Positions 9,016 through 17,595 of a stretch of 64,000 nt of DNA are shown here, piece after piece. The stretch comes from an uncultured SAR86 cluster bacterium. Its GTDB lineage: Bacteria; Pseudomonadota; Gammaproteobacteria; Magnimaribacterales; D2472. The position numbers were made by a program, and so were the translations under genes. The DNA lies in the NCBI GenBank assembly GCA_902509965.1, contig CABWZP010000001.1, positions 72,694 to 136,693 of the forward strand, given 5' to 3'. Positions within the stretch are counted from its first letter, which is position 1, and every line of letters starts with the position of its first letter. The notes under the pieces were generated by a model that had not been told where the DNA came from, ran no database searches, and saw only the letters and a list, made by a program, of their open reading frames with translations.

Positions 9016-10830
9016 ATGAACAAATTATTTATCTTAGTTATAACAATTTTTATTACAGTATCCTGTTCTAATAACGATTCTAAAGTTAAGACTATATCTG
9101 ATGTTGAGTCTTTTTTAGAGAAAGTAGAGCAAGAGGATAAAACTCTTGGCCCAGTTGCTTCTTCTGCCTATTGGATCAGTTCTAATTTTATAACCTACGA
9201 TTCACAAAAGATAGTTGCTGATTTTGGTAAACGTTACTCACTTATGTCTGTTCAAAGAGCTAACGAGGCTGCAACATTTGATAATTTAGATCTTCCAGAG
9301 GATATGAGAAGGAAATTAGACCTCATAAAAGGAGGTTTTGTTATGCCAGCCCCATTAGACGAAACACTTGCTGGCGAGTTAGCAAATATAGAGTCTGAAT
9401 TGGGAGCAATGTATGGTTCAGGAACGCATTGTTTTAGTGAAAACGATTGTTATGACCTTGAAGCTTTTGAACAAATAATAGATTCATCAAGAAATCCTGA
9501 TGAACTTTTAAAAGCATGGACTGGTTGGCGTGAGATTGGCAAACCTATGAAAGATAAATATTTACGCATGGTTGAGATAGGAGAATTGGGCGCTAAAGAT
9601 CTTGGTTATGACGGATTGACTGATCTATGGTTTAGTAAGTATGACATGCCAGCAGAAGATTTCTTGGATGATACTGATAGAGTGTGGGAAGAGGTAAAAC
9701 CTCTCTATGACGCCCTTCAATGTCATGTAAGAGATAGGTTGCATGAAGAATATGGTGATGACATAGTGCCTTCTGAAGGCATGCTTCCCGCTCATATTCT
9801 AGGAAATATGTGGGGACAATCTTGGGCAAATATTTATGACATTGTTTTTGAAGAAAATCCAAATGCCGAATCTATTGATTTAACATCAATTATTCAAGAA
9901 AGAAATTTAACTGAAATCGAAATGGTAGAAATAGCAGAGGATTTTTTCTTATCTTTAGGTTTTGAGCCCTTACCAGATACTTTTTGGGAGCGATCTTTAT
10001 TTGTTAAGCCTGTTGATAGGAATGTTGTTTGTCATGCATCAGCATGGGACCTAGATCCAGCAACTAAAGATGTAAGAATTAAAATGTGCATCGAAAAAAA
10101 TGCAGAAGACTTTGTTACCATTCATCACGAACTAGGGCATATATTCTATTATCAAGCTTATAATCATCTTCCATCTGTATACAGAAGTGGAGCAAATGAT
10201 GGCTTTCATGAAGCTGTAGGCGATTTATTAGCTTTATCAATTACACCAGATTACCTGACTCAGATTGGTTTTGTTACAGAGGAAAAAGCAGAAGCGGCGG
10301 AACAAGATCCTATAGCCCTTTTAATGAAACAAGCTCTAGATGGCGTTGTCTCTCTTCCATGGACTTTAATGTTGGATAAATGGAGATCAGGCGTCTTCAC
10401 CGGTGAGATCACAAAAGATAATCTTAATTCTAGCTGGTGGGAATTAAGAGAAAAATATCAAGGCATTGCCTCACCTATGGAAAGAGGTGAAGAGTATTTT
10501 GATCCTGGTGCAAAATATCATATCCCTGGAAATACTCCTTACACTAGATATTATCTTGCAAAAATTATGCAGTATCAGTTTCATGAGGCATTATGTAATG
10601 AGATGGGTTTTGAGGGTCCTCTTCATGAATGTTCTATCTATGATAATCCTGCGGCAGGAGTGAAGATTAGGGATATGTTGGCTATGGGCCAGAGTAAGCC
10701 ATGGCAAGATGCATTTGAAGCTCTGACAGGAGAAAGGGCGTTGAGTGGAACTTCAATTTTAAATTATTATAAACCTCTTCAAGAGTGGCTAGAGAAAGAG
10801 AACGAAGGCCGTTCATGTGGATGGGAATAG
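9016..10830 (+). CDS. peptidyl-dipeptidase A, M2 (angiotensin-converting-enzyme-like) family, predicted lipoprotein
   Basis: HHELGH followed, 23 residues after the second His, by the Glu of GANDGFHEAVGD; this is the same spacing and context as ACE HHEMGH...GANPGFHEAIGD. The N-terminus MNKLFILVITIFITVSCSN has a lipobox-like VSC. Confidence 0.9.
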   Translation: MNKLFILVITIFITVSCSNNDSKVKTISDVESFLEKVEQEDKTLGPVASSAYWISSNFITYDSQKIVADFGKRYSLMSVQRANEAATFDNLDLPEDMRRKLDLIKGGFVMPAPLDETLAGELANIESELGAMYGSGTHCFSENDCYDLEAFEQIIDSSRNPDELLKAWTGWREIGKPMKDKYLRMVEIGELGAKDLGYDGLTDLWFSKYDMPAEDFLDDTDRVWEEVKPLYDALQCHVRDRLHEEYGDDIVPSEGMLPAHILGNMWGQSWANIYDIVFEENPNAESIDLTSIIQERNLTEIEMVEIAEDFFLSLGFEPLPDTFWERSLFVKPVDRNVVCHASAWDLDPATKDVRIKMCIEKNAEDFVTIHHELGHIFYYQAYNHLPSVYRSGANDGFHEAVGDLLALSITPDYLTQIGFVTEEKAEAAEQDPIALLMKQALDGVVSLPWTLMLDKWRSGVFTGEITKDNLNSSWWELREKYQGIASPMERGEEYFDPGAKYHIPGNTPYTRYYLAKIMQYQFHEALCNEMGFEGPLHECSIYDNPAAGVKIRDMLAMGQSKPWQDAFEALTGERALSGTSILNYYKPLQEWLEKENEGRSCGWE

Positions 10831-10840
10831 GGAGTAAATT

Positions 10841-11686
10841 ATGCAGTCATTAATGTATTTAACTTTTGCAGTAGTAGGTTTTGTAATTCCTTTTGGAATA
10901 AGCCTAGCTATCGGTAATGAGCAAGTGCAAAATATAGTCTTACTTGTTTATATAATCCAGTGGGTTGCTTTTATACCAGCCTATATGTTTCAAACAGAAA
11001 AATTTTTTGATCTAACTGGCAGTATTACTTATTCTAGTGTATTCATTTATTGTATTTATTTGGCCACATCGGGTGACCTTAACTGGGGCTCACTAGTAAT
11101 TTCAATTTTAGTTATTTTATGGGCAGGCCGTTTAGGAACTTTCTTGTTTACAAGAATAGCTAAGGATGGAGAAGATAAGCGCTTTAGAACCATCAAGCCT
11201 GACATAGCTCAATTCTTTATGACATGGACACTGCAAGGGATGTGGGTTTCACTCTGCTCTTTATGCGCCATTACAAGTATAGCAAGTGATACAGGCATTA
11301 TTGTTAATAATATTTTTTATATTGGGTTGGTAATGTTTATTGGTGGCTTTGCAATTGAAATAGTTGCCGATCAACAAAAAACAGCATTTAGAGCCATTCC
11401 AGAAAATAGAAACAAATTCATTACAAGCGGCTTGTGGAGCAAATCAAGACATCCAAATTACTTTGGTGAGATTGCTTTATGGACTGGAGTTGCAGTTATG
11501 TCTTTTTCTTCATTATCGGGCATCGAATACTTAACTTTAATATCACCAATATTTACATATTTACTTCTAGTAAAAATAAGTGGAGTTAGGATGTTAGAGG
11601 GAAGAGGCCAGAAGACATGGGGAGATGATGAAGAATATATTGCGTATATGAAAAATACGCCCATGGTGATGATTAAATTTTGGTAA
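10841..11686 (+). CDS. DUF1295 / steroid 5-alpha-reductase-like membrane protein
   Basis: Multi-TM 281-aa protein with a C-terminal SRHPNYFGE motif typical of the DUF1295 / isoprenylcysteine-methyltransferase-like superfamily. Confidence 0.7.
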   Translation: MQSLMYLTFAVVGFVIPFGISLAIGNEQVQNIVLLVYIIQWVAFIPAYMFQTEKFFDLTGSITYSSVFIYCIYLATSGDLNWGSLVISILVILWAGRLGTFLFTRIAKDGEDKRFRTIKPDIAQFFMTWTLQGMWVSLCSLCAITSIASDTGIIVNNIFYIGLVMFIGGFAIEIVADQQKTAFRAIPENRNKFITSGLWSKSRHPNYFGEIALWTGVAVMSFSSLSGIEYLTLISPIFTYLLLVKISGVRMLEGRGQKTWGDDEEYIAYMKNTPMVMIKFW

Positions 11687-11827
11687 ACTAAATGATAAAT
11701 TAATGCAAATAATTGAGACCATTCTCAATAAAAAAATTTGTTAACATTTGCATTAACTTGTTAGAATGACAGAACTTTTTTAGTAGTTAAAAATAATTAA
11801 CTACAAAGTAATAGGGAGCAACTTAAT

Positions 11828-12586
11828 ATGTTGAAATTACGAGCCATAATAATGTCTCTTGCCTTGATAATTCCATTTGCAGTTCATGCAACTGATATGG
11901 AAGCAGTATTAGAGGTTGGAAGAGATAATTCAAATCAATCAGCTGTATCGCAAGACAAAATCGATTCTACAGAAAAACAAACAGATAAAATTATAAATGA
12001 GTGGAAAGTTGTTTCTAAGCAAGTCGAAGGCTTAAAAATTTATAATGAACAAAAAAGAATTCAAATTCAAGCTCAGCTTGATTTAATGGACAAGTTAGAT
12101 GATCAACTTACACAGGTAGTGGTCATGCAAAGACAAATACCACCTCTAGCTCAGAGAATGCTTGAAGGGCTTGAAAAGTTTGTTGAACTTGATGTTCCTT
12201 TTCATGTTGAAGAAAGAAAGCAAAGGCTTGATTTAGTTAGAAGTTCATTATCTAACCCTAAAGTGACTGCATCAGAGCAAGTAAGACAAATCTTAGAAGC
12301 CTACAACATAGAAAGTGAATATGGCAGAAAAATTGATGCTTTTGAATCTTCCATTGTTATTGATGGACAAGAGATCGTTGCAAATGTTTTAGTCATAGGA
12401 AGAATAGGCATGTTCTACCAAACAAAAGATGAAAGAACCAGTGGAATATGGGATAAAGATGCTAATGACTGGGTAGAGCTTGATAGCGGGTATAGAACTG
12501 CTATTAGAGATGGGATCAGAATGGCTAAAAAATTAGCTCCAACAGACATGTTGATGTTACCAGTAGTTGTTAAGGAGCAAAGCTAA
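11828..12586 (+). CDS. DUF3450 periplasmic coiled-coil protein (TtpB-like, TonB2 system)
   Basis: Signal peptide and a coiled-coil-rich 252-aa protein. It is the first gene of a cluster whose order matches the Vibrio TonB2 locus. Confidence 0.7.
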   Translation: MLKLRAIIMSLALIIPFAVHATDMEAVLEVGRDNSNQSAVSQDKIDSTEKQTDKIINEWKVVSKQVEGLKIYNEQKRIQIQAQLDLMDKLDDQLTQVVVMQRQIPPLAQRMLEGLEKFVELDVPFHVEERKQRLDLVRSSLSNPKVTASEQVRQILEAYNIESEYGRKIDAFESSIVIDGQEIVANVLVIGRIGMFYQTKDERTSGIWDKDANDWVELDSGYRTAIRDGIRMAKKLAPTDMLMLPVVVKEQS

Positions 12587-13980
12587 TGAAATTTTTAAAT
12601 TTATTTTATTTCGTACTAATTATTACATTCTCTACTCCATCTTTTACACAAGATGCTAATGATGAGAATGTTGATCAAGAGCCAACTACTGTTGAAGCTC
12701 TTCTTGCTCTTGTTAAAGAGGGTAAAGTTAAAGAGCAGGCTGAGAATGTTAAAAGAGAAGCAGCTTTTTTAGCAAGTAAAAATAAACAAGCTAGTATCTT
12801 AGCCGCTGAAAAAAGAGAACTTGCTAGACAAGAAAAAATTGCAGATAAGCTTGAAGCAGAATACAAAGCAAATCAAGAAATTCTTAGAGTAAAAGAGGAA
12901 GCTTACAAGAAAGAGCTTGGTTCTTTAGTCGAACTATTTGGTCATTTGCAGAGTTCTGCAGGAGAGGCTTCATCAATGTTTGCTGACTCTATTACTTCTG
13001 CTGAGTTTGGACTTGAAAGAGTTTCATTCTTAAATAATCTTACTGGCAAAATGTCTGAAACTACTGAACTTCCTACTATTAGAGAGATTGAGCGTTTATG
13101 GTATGAACTGCAAAATGAGATGATTGCAGGTGGCGATGTAGTTAAATTCACTACTACTGTTATTGATGTTGATGGTGAGACATCAGAATGTGAAGTTACA
13201 CGAGTAGGCTTATTTAATGCTGTTTGTGATGGCAAATACTTAGAATTTGCTTCATCGAAAGGACAATATGCTTTTCTTCCAAGACAACCGGCTGGTAGAT
13301 ATACTAAAAGTGCTAAGAATTTAGGAAGTGCTGCAGGTGGCGAGCAAGTCAAGTTCGGAGTTGACCCAACTGGACCAACTGGTGGAAGTTTGTTAGCAAA
13401 CCTTATTCAAACTCCTTCTTTAGCTGAAAGAGCAGCTCAAGGTAGAGAGGTTGGAGCAGCGATTATAGTTGTTGGTATTATTGGTATTGCTATTGCTTTT
13501 TGGAAACTTTATAGCTTATATATGGTGGGCTTAGCTGTAACTAAGCAAACTAAATCCAAAACAGCCACATCTAATAATCCACTGGGAAGAGTCTTAAAAG
13601 TAGGACAAGATAACTTCAAGAAAGATATAGATACATTAGAGCTGCGCTTAGCCGAAGCAATAATGGCAGAAAGGCCCTCAATAGAAAGAGGTATTAGTGT
13701 TGTAAGAATAATATCTGTGGTTGCGCCCCTTGCAGGACTTCTCGGAACTGTTACAGGCATGATCGTAACTTTCCAACAGATCACACTATATGGTACTGGA
13801 GATCCTAAGCTAATGGCTGGTGGTATATCTCAAGCATTAGTTACAACAGTTTTAGGTTTATTAGTTGCTATTCCAACAACTCTTCTTCACTCCTTTACGG
13901 CTTCCTCCGCTAAAGGAATTATAAGTGTCTTAGAAGAACAGAGTACAGGTATATTGGCTGAACATTCTGAAACTAGCTAG
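12586..13980 (+). CDS. long MotA/TolQ/ExbB-family proton channel protein (TtpC-like)
   Basis: Signal peptide, a ~280-aa periplasmic coiled-coil region, then three TM helices including APLAGLLGTVTGMI, the ExbB/TolQ signature. The start overlaps the upstream stop as ATGA. Confidence 0.8.
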   Translation: MKFLNLFYFVLIITFSTPSFTQDANDENVDQEPTTVEALLALVKEGKVKEQAENVKREAAFLASKNKQASILAAEKRELARQEKIADKLEAEYKANQEILRVKEEAYKKELGSLVELFGHLQSSAGEASSMFADSITSAEFGLERVSFLNNLTGKMSETTELPTIREIERLWYELQNEMIAGGDVVKFTTTVIDVDGETSECEVTRVGLFNAVCDGKYLEFASSKGQYAFLPRQPAGRYTKSAKNLGSAAGGEQVKFGVDPTGPTGGSLLANLIQTPSLAERAAQGREVGAAIIVVGIIGIAIAFWKLYSLYMVGLAVTKQTKSKTATSNNPLGRVLKVGQDNFKKDIDTLELRLAEAIMAERPSIERGISVVRIISVVAPLAGLLGTVTGMIVTFQQITLYGTGDPKLMAGGISQALVTTVLGLLVAIPTTLLHSFTASSAKGIISVLEEQSTGILAEHSETS

Positions 13981-13988
13981 TTTTATAT

Positions 13989-14513
13989 ATGTATGAAATA
14001 AGTGAAGCATTTGTCTCGATAAGAGACTTCATGGAGCAGGGCGGTGACGTCCTCTGGGGAATTGCTTTTTTAGTTTTATTTATGTGGACCATGATCTTTG
14101 AAAGAGTTTTTTACTACGCTCAAGGCTACAATGAATATATCAATGGTCTAGTTCAAAAGTGGGAATCTAGAGAAGATAAAACTTCTTGGTACGCCCTCCA
14201 GATTCGTGAAAAATACATGTCACAAGCAAAAGTAGAAATTAATAGAAATTTATCACTAATACAAACTTGCGTTGCTGTAGCACCCTTGTTTGGTTTGCTT
14301 GGAACAGTTACAGGAATGATAGAGGTCTTTCAGGTTATGGCCTTCAATGGTGGTGGCGATGCTAGGTCAATGGCAGGAGGAGTTTCAAAAGCAACACTTC
14401 CAACTATGGCTGGCATGGTTGTAGCTTTATCAGGGGTTTTTGCAACAATATATTTAAATAGTGCTAGTTTAAAAAGAGAGCAAATGTTAAATAAAGTTAT
14501 TAAAAGATATTAG
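13989..14513 (+). CDS. exbB: ExbB/TolQ-family proton channel protein
   Basis: 174 aa, three TM helices, APLFGLLGTVTGMIEVF signature. Confidence 0.85.
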   Translation: MYEISEAFVSIRDFMEQGGDVLWGIAFLVLFMWTMIFERVFYYAQGYNEYINGLVQKWESREDKTSWYALQIREKYMSQAKVEINRNLSLIQTCVAVAPLFGLLGTVTGMIEVFQVMAFNGGGDARSMAGGVSKATLPTMAGMVVALSGVFATIYLNSASLKREQMLNKVIKRY

Positions 14514-14522
14514 GAGAGTATT

Positions 14523-14933
14523 GTGAGAAGAGGATCAATTTCAAGTGCAGTAAAAGAAGAAGAAAGTGAGATTAATATGACGCCTATGCTTGATGTTGTA
14601 TTCATCATGCTTATTTTCTTTATTGTGACAGCAAACTTTATTAAAGAGCCTGGTTTAGAGATCAATAGACCAGATTCAGAGACAGCAGAAACTCAAGAGA
14701 ATGCCGCAATTTTAATTGCAGTTGGAGCAACTGGTGAAATATGGATGGATGGCAGAAGAATTGATGTGAGACAGGTTAAAGCTAATGTTGTGAAGATGCT
14801 TGCTGATAATCCACAGGGTTCTGTAGTCATTCAGGCTGATGAGAAGGCTGTTGCAGACACAATTATTAAAGTTATGGATGGTGCAAGGGAAGCTGGAGTA
14901 TCTGCAATTTCATTAGCCTCAGAACCTAAATAG
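14523..14933 (+). CDS. exbD: ExbD/TolR-family protein
   Basis: EINMTPMLDVVFIMLIFFIV N-terminal TM segment with the conserved Asp. The GTG start lies 6 nt after an AGGAG Shine-Dalgarno. Confidence 0.85.
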   Translation: MRRGSISSAVKEEESEINMTPMLDVVFIMLIFFIVTANFIKEPGLEINRPDSETAETQENAAILIAVGATGEIWMDGRRIDVRQVKANVVKMLADNPQGSVVIQADEKAVADTIIKVMDGAREAGVSAISLASEPK

Positions 14934-14946
14934 TTATTAATTAAAT

Positions 14947-15624
14947 ATGGCGACAGAAACAGTAAATTCATCAGAATCAGTTTTAGGCTTCATAGCTAAA
15001 AATAAATATATTTCTGGTGGTGTTTTAGCTTCATTAGTTGGGCTAGTACTTTTCTTTGTTATGGTTTTGCTGATCTCATTAGGTGACAGCGGTATCAAAG
15101 ATGATAAGTCGGTTAAGCTTGTAGATATTGTTATGCCGGAAAGGGATATAGATACACTTTTGCAAGAAGTTGACAAACCAGATGAACCTGAAGAGCAACC
15201 AGATGATATTGCTCAACCAGAACTAGAACTTCAGCCACTTACAGGTGTTGATGTGACGATTGCAAAACCAAAAGCAAATATTCAAGCTGGAGGTTCATTC
15301 TTTAAAGATGGAGAATACATGCCATTATTTGCAGTACAACCTCAATATCCAAGAAGAGCCCAAGAAAGAGGCACAGAAGGTTACGCGATAATTAGTTTTA
15401 CTATTACCGAACAAGGAACCGCTGAGGGAGCTAGTGTTGTAGAAGGAAAATGTGGAGATATAAATGATCCTGAAGTTGTTATGAGAGATTGTTCAATTTT
15501 TAATAATTCTTCAATAAGGGCTGCAGCTAAATTAAAATATAAACCAAAAATTGTTGATGGCAATCCAGTCAAAGTAGACAATGTTTTATATAGATTTAGA
15601 TATGAGATGGAAGACAGTGATTAG
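14947..15624 (+). CDS. tonB: TonB-family energy transducer (TonB2-like)
   Basis: N-terminal TM anchor, an acidic/Pro-rich linker (KPDEPEEQPDDIAQPELELQP) and a C-terminal TonB domain (YPRRAQERGTEGYAIISFTI...KYKP). Confidence 0.85.
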   Translation: MATETVNSSESVLGFIAKNKYISGGVLASLVGLVLFFVMVLLISLGDSGIKDDKSVKLVDIVMPERDIDTLLQEVDKPDEPEEQPDDIAQPELELQPLTGVDVTIAKPKANIQAGGSFFKDGEYMPLFAVQPQYPRRAQERGTEGYAIISFTITEQGTAEGASVVEGKCGDINDPEVVMRDCSIFNNSSIRAAAKLKYKPKIVDGNPVKVDNVLYRFRYEMEDSD

Positions 15625-15625
15625 T

Positions 15626-17089
15626 ATGAAAAAATTAAATTTATTAAGACTCTTTAGCGCACTTTTAGTTGCTTGTATCTTTATGCCAGTTGATACCTTT
15701 GCTCAATCCTCTGAGTCGAATAAATCTAAAAAGCAAACTACATATAAAAAAGCTAGAGTTCTGCAGACAGCAACTGCTAAAAAGATTACAAAAGTTACTG
15801 AAGCTTTAGAAAGAGTAAAAATTGTAGAAATTAAAGATACTAACAAAGAATCAGAAACATATGGTCAGATGATACCTACCGAAGAGCCAGATCCTGATAT
15901 GCCCACTGTAATTAAAATTTTAACAGAGATGAGATCTAAAGCATCTGAGATGAAAAGCTACGACAGATCTATCATGTGGAACTACTGGGGATATGTTTAC
16001 TATACTGAAGAAAATTATCCTGAAGCAATAAAGGCATATACAAAGGTTATTGATGAAGAAGAGGTAACACTTCCCTTAAGAAATGGAACACTTTTAACTC
16101 TTGCAACACTCCATATGGTGGAAGAGAATTATCCAAAAGGCATTGAATTAATTCTTATATGGATGGACGAGGTAGAAACTGTTACAGCTCAATCTTGGTC
16201 ATTACTTGCAACTGCATATTTTCAAACCGAAGACTATAAAAAAGCTCTAGATGCATCAATCACTGCTGTAGATATGGCAGAAGTTGAAGGTTATACACCT
16301 AAAGAGAACTGGTATGTAATCATGGCAGCATGCTACGAAGAATTAAAAAAGCAGATTGGTGAAAAAGAAACTTTATTAAAACAATTAGACATTTATGAAA
16401 TCTTGGTTAATTTATATCCTAAGAAGCGTTACTTTCTTCAATTAGGCCAAACATATGGAGTCCTAGAAAGAGAAAAGGATTATATGGTTGCTTTAAATGC
16501 AGCATATCAAAGCGATTATCTTGACAAAGAAGGTGAATATTTAACGCTTGCTCAACTACTTTTAATGAATGGCAACCCCTACTGGGCAGCAAGTGTGATT
16601 GTGAGCGGCCAAGAAAAAGAAGTTCTTGTAACAAATCAAGAAACAAAAAAAGAAGAATTACAGCCTGTTGTTAAAGATACTGAGAAAAATCTCAAACTTC
16701 TTGCTGACTCTTGGAGAATGGCACAAGAAATTGATAAAGCTATACCTGTTCTAGAAAAAGCTGCAAAAATATCTGAGGATGGAGAGACCTATGTTCTTTT
16801 AGGTAACTTATATCTATCTGAAGATAAGTTAAAAGATGCTGTTGATGCCATAGAGAAAGGTATCAAAAAAGGTAAACTTAAAAAAATAGCGCAAGCCCAT
16901 CTAACTTTAGGCCAAGCCCATTATGAATTACAGAATTTTGAAGAGGCTAAGAAACAGTTCAGAATGGCAGCTCGTGATAAGGATAAGAAAATTAAGAAGA
17001 CTGCAAATTCATGGATTAAATATACTGAAAATGAAGAAAGCAGAGCAAAGAATCTTGAATTAAGAAGAAATTATATTAAGCAGTCATAA
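15626..17089 (+). CDS. TPR-repeat periplasmic protein (TtpD-like, TonB2 system)
   Basis: Signal peptide MKKLNLLRLFSALLVACIFMPVDTFA followed by TPR-like repeats. I start at ATG 15626; the ORF-track start 15581 would overlap tonB and precede the signal peptide. Confidence 0.7.
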   Translation: MKKLNLLRLFSALLVACIFMPVDTFAQSSESNKSKKQTTYKKARVLQTATAKKITKVTEALERVKIVEIKDTNKESETYGQMIPTEEPDPDMPTVIKILTEMRSKASEMKSYDRSIMWNYWGYVYYTEENYPEAIKAYTKVIDEEEVTLPLRNGTLLTLATLHMVEENYPKGIELILIWMDEVETVTAQSWSLLATAYFQTEDYKKALDASITAVDMAEVEGYTPKENWYVIMAACYEELKKQIGEKETLLKQLDIYEILVNLYPKKRYFLQLGQTYGVLEREKDYMVALNAAYQSDYLDKEGEYLTLAQLLLMNGNPYWAASVIVSGQEKEVLVTNQETKKEELQPVVKDTEKNLKLLADSWRMAQEIDKAIPVLEKAAKISEDGETYVLLGNLYLSEDKLKDAVDAIEKGIKKGKLKKIAQAHLTLGQAHYELQNFEEAKKQFRMAARDKDKKIKKTANSWIKYTENEESRAKNLELRRNYIKQS

Positions 17090-17594
17090 TTTTTTTGTAG
17101 GTTTCTACAGCAAAATCATATTGATTATCTTCATTCTTTAAGAACTCATCTGAAGAAATTAATTCCCAATTACTAAAGTCTATTTCAGGGTAATAAACAT
17201 CACCATCTATTGAACAATCCACCCTTGTTAGAATAAGCTTATTAAAGGAATCTATTGAATCTCTAAATAAGTACCCGCCGCCAATAATTGCAATCTCATT
17301 AGCAATGTCCTGATCAAGATTGTATATTTTAGCTGCCTCAATAGCGTCTTCTAGACTTGTAAATATTGAAACACCTTCAATGTCTTTTAATGTAGAAGAA
17401 ATTACAAAATTAACTCTATTAGGAAGGGGTCTGCCAATAGATTCATACGTTTTCCTTCCCATTACAATTATCTTCCCCGTTGTATACTTTTTAAAATGAG
17501 CAAGATCATCTTTTAAGCTCCACGGTAAATCGTTATTAACTCCAATCACCCAATTATTGGACATAGCAACAACATGAGAAATAATTAAATCCAT
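17076..17594 (-). CDS. folA: dihydrofolate reductase
   Basis: VIGVNNDLPW and IVMGRKTYESIGRPLPNR motifs, 172 aa. Confidence 0.95.
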   Translation of the reverse strand: MDLIISHVVAMSNNWVIGVNNDLPWSLKDDLAHFKKYTTGKIIVMGRKTYESIGRPLPNRVNFVISSTLKDIEGVSIFTSLEDAIEAAKIYNLDQDIANEIAIIGGGYLFRDSIDSFNKLILTRVDCSIDGDVYYPEIDFSNWELISSDEFLKNEDNQYDFAVETYKKIMTA

Positions 17595-17595
17595 A

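Noticed and set aside
12675-13784. Minus-strand ORFs 12675-12866, 12942-13352 and 13509-13784 inside the TtpC-like gene
   Set aside because: They are antisense to a well-supported MotA/ExbB-family gene. The products are Ser/Ala/Leu/Pro-rich with no motifs, and the operon context is all plus-strand.
15581-15625. Upstream start of the TPR gene; similar upstream starts at 50088 (hppA), 55895 (gmk), 42781 (ntrC), 44919 (GSII) and 2539 (rdgB)
   Set aside because: In each case a downstream start restores the family-typical N-terminus or signal peptide. That start also has better Shine-Dalgarno spacing or avoids overlapping a promoter. The longest-ORF starts are artefacts.
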